A DNA stretch of 64,000 nucleotides from an uncultured Bacteroidales bacterium (GTDB taxonomy: Bacteria; Bacteroidota; Bacteroidia; Bacteroidales; GCA-2748055): NCBI GenBank assembly GCA_963751705.1, contig CAVVVN010000003.1, forward strand, positions 855,446-919,445, given 5' to 3'. Below are positions 59,359 through 64,000 of this stretch, piece by piece. Each line of letters begins with the position of its first letter. The first letter of the stretch is position 1. The notes under the pieces are model-generated. The model ran no database searches and was not told where the DNA came from. It saw only the letters and a list, made by a program, of their open reading frames with translations. The translations under genes and the position numbers were made by a program.

Positions 59359-60274
59359 TTAAACCCGGAGCGATAAGGGGAGTGATTGAAAACCAAGATA
59401 GTCGGTCTGTCTGCATTTTCCTCTTTTTCTTCCAGATAAGTCCTGATGGCCGCTGGTATTCAGGTCATCTACATCTTTCACCTCCCAGAGGTCATCCAGC
59501 ATCCCTTCAATAATCAGGGCATGGACAGCTTTATCAATGGCTTCCTGAACAGCAATACCGGAAGGTTCATTAAAGGTGAAACCCACTTCTGCTTCCAGTA
59601 GCTTTTTCAAAGAAACATACCGGAATATACCGGCATCCACTTTTGGGACAGGATGGTTTTGGAGGTATGGACGGTTTTTAAAATACGTACCGTTGGAGGT
59701 GGAAATGGCTCTCAGGTAGATGGAAACACGGTCTTCGCGATATTCAGCCGGATCCACCGGCCCCGAAATAGCGCAGTCCTGCGCCCCCCGTCAGAACATT
59801 GGTTTCATAAGAAATAATTCCTCCTTCAAGAATGATACCTGCAAATAGCAAAGGAGGCAGAAGTTGATTCTGATCCTGGTCCTGATCCTGGGCCGTGTAA
59901 TTGGCCCTGCTGGATCGGATGATTTTTCTTTCATTTAGCAGATTACTAAGACCTTCTCTTTCAATGGGAATAAACCATCCAGATTCCTCAAGAGATTCAA
60001 GCAAAATGGAAGTGGCACCCTGGGTGACTGCAGTGGACCAGTTGGCTCCGATATCCGAAGGTTTATATTGCCCGGTCTGGTCACGAAACTTATATACCGC
60101 CACAACCACCGGCTCTTTGGGTTCAGGCAGAAGCTGCATATCTTCGTAAGCACTTGGAATTGGCTCCAAGCCTTGCTTCAGAGGTCTTCATGGGCTGCTT
60201 CATCATGGGAGCACATGCAAACTGCAAAAGCAGTGCGCCATAGAAAGAGATAGGTATGTAAGGTCTTTCTTCAT
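59359..60274 (-). pseudogene. csgG: Curli secretion channel gene csgG, at least 5 frameshifts
   Basis: The N-terminal half (59744-60169) reads ...VAVYKFRDQTGQYKP...STAVTQGATSILLESLEESGWFIPIEREGLSNLLNERKIIR...GGAGLRYFGAGGS. The C-terminal half (59359-59757) reads EYREDRVSIYLRAISTSNG...VDAGIFRYVSLKKLLEAEVGFTFNEP...LWEVKD. Both are collinear with E. coli CsgG. The lipoprotein signal peptide (60170-60274) is split over three frames. Confidence 0.85.
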
Positions 60275-60688
60275 CTAATAATAGGGTACAATAATAGTGG
60301 TTTCACTTCCGGTGATATATATCAATAATCCGGACCTGCATCCCTTCCGAAATAGGGGAGATATCTATTTCGTAGGAACCAAATTTGTAATATCCTTCGG
60401 TAAGACCCGTCTTCTCCGAACTGATTCCGGTAAAATTCCTGGGTGATCGCATTAAGCACCTGGCGATTAATATCTTCCTGGAGGCCTGCCAGGGGATCTT
60501 CTTCAGCCAGGAGATCACTCCTCTTCCGTATAAATATTCTGCGCCTGTGCCTGCCCGAGAAGCCAGTTATAATTGTAGGGATTACCTCCAAAGGCCGGAT
60601 TGATAGGCTGATAGACAAAATCCTGGGCCAGGGTGGTGACCTGAAAACCTGCAAATAAGAATGTGATGGCAATCAAAAGCTTTTTCAT
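60275..60688 (-). pseudogene. csgF: Curli assembly gene csgF, at least 3 frameshifts
   Basis: MKKLLIAITFLFAGFQVTTLAQDFVYQPINPAFGGNPYNYNWLLGQAQAQN then a stop (compare E. coli [26 protein letters not shown]). Other frames continue DPLAGLQEDINRQVLNAITQEF..., GYYKFGSYEIDISPISEGMQVRIIDI and ITGSETTIIVPYY. The TAG abuts the csgG ATG (TAGATG). Confidence 0.8.
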
Positions 60689-60694
60689 GCTTGT

Positions 60695-60720
60695 GACTAT
60701 TTAATGTTTGCGCTTAAAAT
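60695..60720. repeat. Intergenic motif copy C (GACTATTTAATGTTTGCGCTTAAAAT)
   Basis: 23 of 26 nt identical to copy B. It lies between the csgE stop and the csgF ATG, 6 nt from the ATG. Confidence 0.7.
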
Positions 60721-60746
60721 ATATTCAAAACGAATCATCAGATCCG

Positions 60747-61160
60747 TTAAAAAATTCCTGTACCAGATTGATCTGCACTCTGTAATTGTGCCTGTATCTC
60801 CTGGTAATTCAATAAATACTGGCTTGCCAGACTCACCGTATATTCAGATAACATCTCTATCATCTCCTGATTGGGCCTGATAAATTGCTTCAGGAATTCA
60901 AATTCGTCAATAAATACGTGTTATCTGCGTACCAATGCCCGGCATGGGCATTTCTTTAATGGTGATAGAGAAATCCGTAATACTGTGTTGGATTGCTCCA
61001 GTTACTATAAAAATTCATCATAAAAATCCCTGCCAACCTTGGTGATGGTTTCATCAAAAATCATCTCTCCAATCTCAAGATCCAGAGGATCTAGGGCCAG
61101 TTGAGTCTGTTGGGAGTGGTTTGGTTTTGAGCGTATCTCTTCCAGCATCAGTCTGAGCAT
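60747..61160 (-). pseudogene. csgE: Curli specificity/chaperone gene csgE, at least 3 frameshifts; N-terminal signal region not recovered
   Basis: Frames join as ...EMIFDETITKVGRDFYDEF|YSNWSNPTQ..|SITIKEMPMPGIGTQIT|VFIDEFEFLKQFIRPNQ...QSADQSGTGIF, collinear with E. coli CsgE (TVSSIGHDFYRAFSDKW...[21 protein letters not shown]...). Confidence 0.7.
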
Positions 61161-61546
61161 TTAGGGTAGCTAATAAATGACACACTGATTATCAACACTA
61201 TAGACGTATAAGCCAAATTTCATCACTTTTAAAGTAATACTTGACAATGTCGGTCCATTTACATTGTAATTCAGCATTACTAAAGTTATGGAGGTACCTG
61301 CTATTCGCCCAAAAATATGCAATAGGATGTTATCATTTCTTTGATGAAACGGGGTTCTATGCTCCACGAAATGCCTAAAATAGTTGAAAAAGAGCTGGGA
61401 ATAGCGCTTTATCAGGGCAATACAGCAGTATTTCATACATGACGAATCATGTAAAATTTAAGGATGAAATGCAACAAAAATGACGCGATAAACACTAAAA
61501 AAATGTAAACGTTTCAAAAAAGTATCGTATAATTATAATGGTAAAA

Positions 61547-61572
61547 GATTATTTAAGATTTGCGCTTAAAAT
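61547..61572. repeat. Intergenic motif copy B (GATTATTTAAGATTTGCGCTTAAAAT)
   Basis: It lies in the AT-rich spacer between the peptidase gene hairpin and the upstream end of the curli locus. Confidence 0.7.
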
Positions 61573-61583
61573 CTCATTTACCT

Positions 61584-61610
61584 GGGGGCTCCACACCGGA
61601 GCCCCTTTTT
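61584..61610. terminator. GC-rich hairpin flanked by A5/T5, possibly a bidirectional terminator
   Basis: GGGGCTCC-acacc-GGAGCCCC followed by TTTTT on the plus strand. It lies 30 nt beyond the stop of the minus-strand peptidase gene. Confidence 0.45.
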
Positions 61611-61639
61611 GATTATCAGCTACTTAGGATGGGTTTCTA

Positions 61640-63505
61640 TTATTTTTTCAGTACAGGCAGTCTCAAGTGTGAAAGTGTCTCACCTGATCGAAAAATGCGG
61701 TGTGTCGCCTTTATAAATGCCTCTTCATCACACTCATAGATGTTGGTAAAAGTCTGTGGATTCCTGTCAAACAGTGGGAACCAGCTACTTTGTATCTGTA
61801 TCATAATACGGTGTCCCTCTTTGAAGGTGTGGTTCAGATCCGGAAGAGTGAATTTAACCCTGCTGACTTCTCCGGGTTCAAAGGGCTCCGGGTAAGAGAA
61901 GCTGTTTCGGTATTTTCCCCGGAAGATATCCCCCCTGACCAGCATCTGGTACCCTCCGACCTCGATATCACGCGGTTTAAGTCCATGCTGACCTTCCGTG
62001 TCCGGAAAAAGATCGATCAACTTGACCACCCAGTCGGCATCGGTACCCGTGGTGGAGACAAATAGCTCCACCTCTATGGGACCTGCAACAGTAAGTTCTT
62101 CCTGCAGCACTTCCCCCTTGTACACCAGCACATCTGGACGTGTCGCGGCAAAGCGCTGGTCCTCTGAGAGGTACTGCCCATTGTAAAAGGATCGTGCACT
62201 TAGGAAGGGAGCTGTATAGGGCACCGGTTTATCCGGGTCACTGATATACTCATCAAAGGAATCCTCTGGATTCTCAGGTTTGCTCCAGGAAAGTGTCCCT
62301 TCCTCATCCAACCAGATCTCCTTAAGCTCCATATTTTCTGGCGGCCAGGTACTGTAGGACCTCCACTGGTCACTACCTGTTTCGAAAACCCAGGCCTCCG
62401 GGAGTTCCAGAGATCCTTCTCCTTTCAGGTAGTAGCTGAAAAAGGGGTATTCAATCTCATGCTGGTAGAAGTATTTATCTTCCTCTTTGAAGGGGATCAA
62501 ACTTGGATCGTTGTACTCAGGAGCGCTCCAGCCTCCATGGGTCCAGGGACCCATTACCAGCATATTACTTGCGGCTGAATTATTCTTTTCTATGGTCTTA
62601 TAGGTATGGAGTGCTCCGGAAAGATCTTCTCCATCGTACCATCCTCCAACTGTCAAAACTGCAGGAGAAATATCTTTCAGATGTGGCAGGGTACTCCTTT
62701 CCTGCCAGAATTCATCATAATCGGGGTGTGCAGTGAACTGGTTCCAGAAATCAATGCTTCCCTGAAGGTATTTTTCGTTGGCATTTTTTACGGGTCCCAG
62801 CTCCAGGAAAAAATGATAGGCATCCCCGGAATTGTATTTCGGCCTGGATCCCCTCCGGGTGGTGGGCTCGGGTCGCTCTTTTCCGAATACCTGGAAGAAA
62901 TTAAAGCTCAGAGGCAGAGTAAGTGCCCCGTTGTGATGCATATCGTCCCATAAGAACCAGTCTGAGATGGGCGCCTGCGGACTGGTGCAAACCATGGCGG
63001 GATGGGCATTTATTGATCCCATAACCGTATAAAACCCCGGATAGGAAACCCCATACATTCCAACTTTCCCGTTGTTATTGTCAATATTGTTAATCAGCCA
63101 CTCCACGGTGTCCCAGGTATCTGTAGTTTCATCCACATCATTTTTATCCCGGTAAACGCCCAGGACAGGACGCATATCCAAAAATACTCCTTCAGACATG
63201 AACTTACCTCTTACATCCTGGAATACAAAGATATACTTGTCTTTTTCCAGCCTATCGTTGGACGATAATTTGCCGCGCATTCTGTCCCCGTATGGACCGA
63301 TGGAGTAGGGGGTTCTCTGCATCAAAATGGGATAGGGCTCTGAGTTATCTTTTGGGGTATAGACAATGGTATATAGCCTTATGCCATCCCTCATTTCAAT
63401 CCGATATTCGGATTTCTCATAGTTCTCTTTTACAAAATTGTCCTGTCCTGAAAGCGGCAGAAAAACCATAAGAAAAAGAATCCCTAGAATAGTGTTCCTG
63501 GTCAT
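61640..63505 (-). CDS. CocE/NonD-family serine hydrolase (S15 Xaa-Pro dipeptidyl-peptidase-like), secreted
   Basis: The probable start is the ATG at 63505 (MTRNTILGILFLMVFLPLSGQ). YPILMQRTPYS and the nucleophile elbow GMYGVSYPGFY are present, with a C-terminal beta-sandwich typical of the family. Confidence 0.85.
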   Translation of the reverse strand: MTRNTILGILFLMVFLPLSGQDNFVKENYEKSEYRIEMRDGIRLYTIVYTPKDNSEPYPILMQRTPYSIGPYGDRMRGKLSSNDRLEKDKYIFVFQDVRGKFMSEGVFLDMRPVLGVYRDKNDVDETTDTWDTVEWLINNIDNNNGKVGMYGVSYPGFYTVMGSINAHPAMVCTSPQAPISDWFLWDDMHHNGALTLPLSFNFFQVFGKERPEPTTRRGSRPKYNSGDAYHFFLELGPVKNANEKYLQGSIDFWNQFTAHPDYDEFWQERSTLPHLKDISPAVLTVGGWYDGEDLSGALHTYKTIEKNNSAASNMLVMGPWTHGGWSAPEYNDPSLIPFKEEDKYFYQHEIEYPFFSYYLKGEGSLELPEAWVFETGSDQWRSYSTWPPENMELKEIWLDEEGTLSWSKPENPEDSFDEYISDPDKPVPYTAPFLSARSFYNGQYLSEDQRFAATRPDVLVYKGEVLQEELTVAGPIEVELFVSTTGTDADWVVKLIDLFPDTEGQHGLKPRDIEVGGYQMLVRGDIFRGKYRNSFSYPEPFEPGEVSRVKFTLPDLNHTFKEGHRIMIQIQSSWFPLFDRNPQTFTNIYECDEEAFIKATHRIFRSGETLSHLRLPVLKK

Positions 63506-63558
63506 GATTCCTGGTACTTTATTTAGAAATCCAAGATATAGAATTCCTCCATTATATT

Positions 63559-63855
63559 TCAGCTTTTCTCCAGCAGTGCCAGGGCGATATATTCCCACTC
63601 TTCCTCCGGGGAAAGCTCCGGGACACTTCTCCCGGCATTCTGGTACCAGTAGCTTGCGTTTCCCAGGTCACCTTCCACCCTGTGTAGGTAAGCGTGTACC
63701 CAGGATCCATCTGATGAAGGATCATTCTGTGCAATCCTGTGGGCATTTGTCCAGTCACCTGCCGACTCCAGGAGCAGTGCCTGTATAAGGGGAGGGATAT
63801 CCTCCGGAAAGGAGCCAGCCTCTTTCCAGCTCAAAAGTTGTTCAAAAGGGATCAT
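63559..63855 (-). CDS. Small conserved hypothetical protein
   Basis: 98-aa ORF with good coding appearance. The motif WVHAYLHRVEGDLGNASYWYQNAG recalls a widespread uncharacterised family whose name I cannot supply. Its 3' end overlaps the upstream portion of the track ORF for the peptidase, but not the ATG at 63505. Confidence 0.5.
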   Translation of the reverse strand: MIPFEQLLSWKEAGSFPEDIPPLIQALLLESAGDWTNAHRIAQNDPSSDGSWVHAYLHRVEGDLGNASYWYQNAGRSVPELSPEEEWEYIALALLEKS

Positions 63856-63881
63856 TTATCCAGTTTTTATCATATAAAGTT

Positions 63882-63920
63882 AAAAAAAGGCTGTCTCAAA
63901 TACCCAAAGAGACAGCCTTT
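63882..63920 (-). terminator. Rho-independent terminator (minus strand)
   Basis: Perfect 12-bp stem AAAGGCTGTCTC/GAGACAGCCTTT, followed on the minus strand by T7. It lies 33 nt after the stop of the partial gene at the window edge. Confidence 0.7.
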
Positions 63921-63952
63921 ATCATCAGCGAGGAGGAAATGACCCTGGTGAA

Positions 63953-64000
63953 CTACAGGGAATAGGGATCTCTGTACTGGTAATGCAACAGGGCGCTTGC
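63953..64000 (-). CDS. 3' end of an unidentified minus-strand gene that enters from beyond the window
   Basis: The open frame ...ASALLHYQYRDPYSL ends at a TAG (complement of 63953-63955) and is followed by the terminator. It is too short to identify. Confidence 0.3.
   Translation of the reverse strand, partial: ASALLHYQYRDPYSL

Noticed and set aside
59860-59895. A short tandem repeat, GATCCTGGTCCTGATCCTGG.
   Set aside because: It is the coding sequence of a QDQDQDQ low-complexity linker inside csgG. It is not a CRISPR array or a regulatory repeat.
53000-61200. Attributing all frameshifts in the accessory block to sequencing or assembly error.
   Set aside because: It is not adopted as the primary explanation. 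The other roughly 53 kb shows no broken genes. Several lesions are not in homopolymers. One pair is compensating. One gene has an internal deletion. Even so, error cannot be excluded without reads, so it is listed as the key control for the curli finding.
61170-61436. An 88-aa minus-strand ORF between the curli locus and motif copy B.
   Set aside because: It is very AT-rich, has no signal peptide or recognisable motif, and lies where the missing csgE N-terminus or a regulator remnant might be. It cannot be supported as a gene, though it may be decayed sequence.
61436-61470. A possible degenerate attR: GAATCATGTAAAA resembles the tRNA 3' end and flank GAATCACATAAAA (52774-52786). A second similar stretch, AATCATAAAACGACAAAAG, lies at 52860-52878.
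   Set aside because: Only about 11 of 14 positions match in AT-rich DNA. That is too short and too degenerate to distinguish from chance without genome comparison. No integrase is present.

Overview
This 64 kb window looks like a chromosomal segment from a Bacteroidota-type genome. Supporting signs are type A and type B T9SS C-terminal sorting domains, recurrent TAnnTTTG promoter boxes just upstream of start codons, and the recF-DUF721, pyrG-yidC and ribH-TPR gene pairs. About 80% of it is intact, densely packed housekeeping DNA: purA, a Fur-family regulator, RelA/SpoT, a ClC channel, cysH, mnmA, trmD, pyrG, yidC, ribH, recF, ndk, asnA, FKBP isomerases and others.

Four gene arrangements stand out:
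- 11.1-17.9 kb: a complete aprBA-qmoABC dissimilatory APS-reductase/quinone-oxidoreductase module, which is unexpected in this phylum-level context.
- 17.9-22.8 kb: a MurNAc salvage neighbourhood that includes a MurK-MurQ fusion gene.
- 24.7-31.8 kb: an AddA-like helicase-nuclease, a TIGR01212 radical-SAM protein and an AddB-like nuclease, joined by ATGA stop/start overlaps.
- 47.9-52.6 kb: two paralogous fused LeuC-LeuD-type hydro-lyases flanking asnA.

A tRNA-Arg(TCT) at 52.7 kb marks the switch to an AT-rich accessory block (about 52.9-61.6 kb). This block holds two secreted or T9SS proteins, heavily frameshifted genes, and a curli-type functional-amyloid locus (csgE-csgF-csgG-barrel-curlin-curlin). 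In that locus every export and assembly gene is broken by several frameshifts, yet a 320-aa curlin-repeat protein is intact. A 25-26 nt motif recurs three times in its intergenic spacers.

I saw no CRISPR array, rRNA gene, transposase or integrase. All calls rest on reading the sequence and ORF track by eye, with no database searches. Hairpin and motif coordinates were derived by hand and may be off by 1-2 nt.
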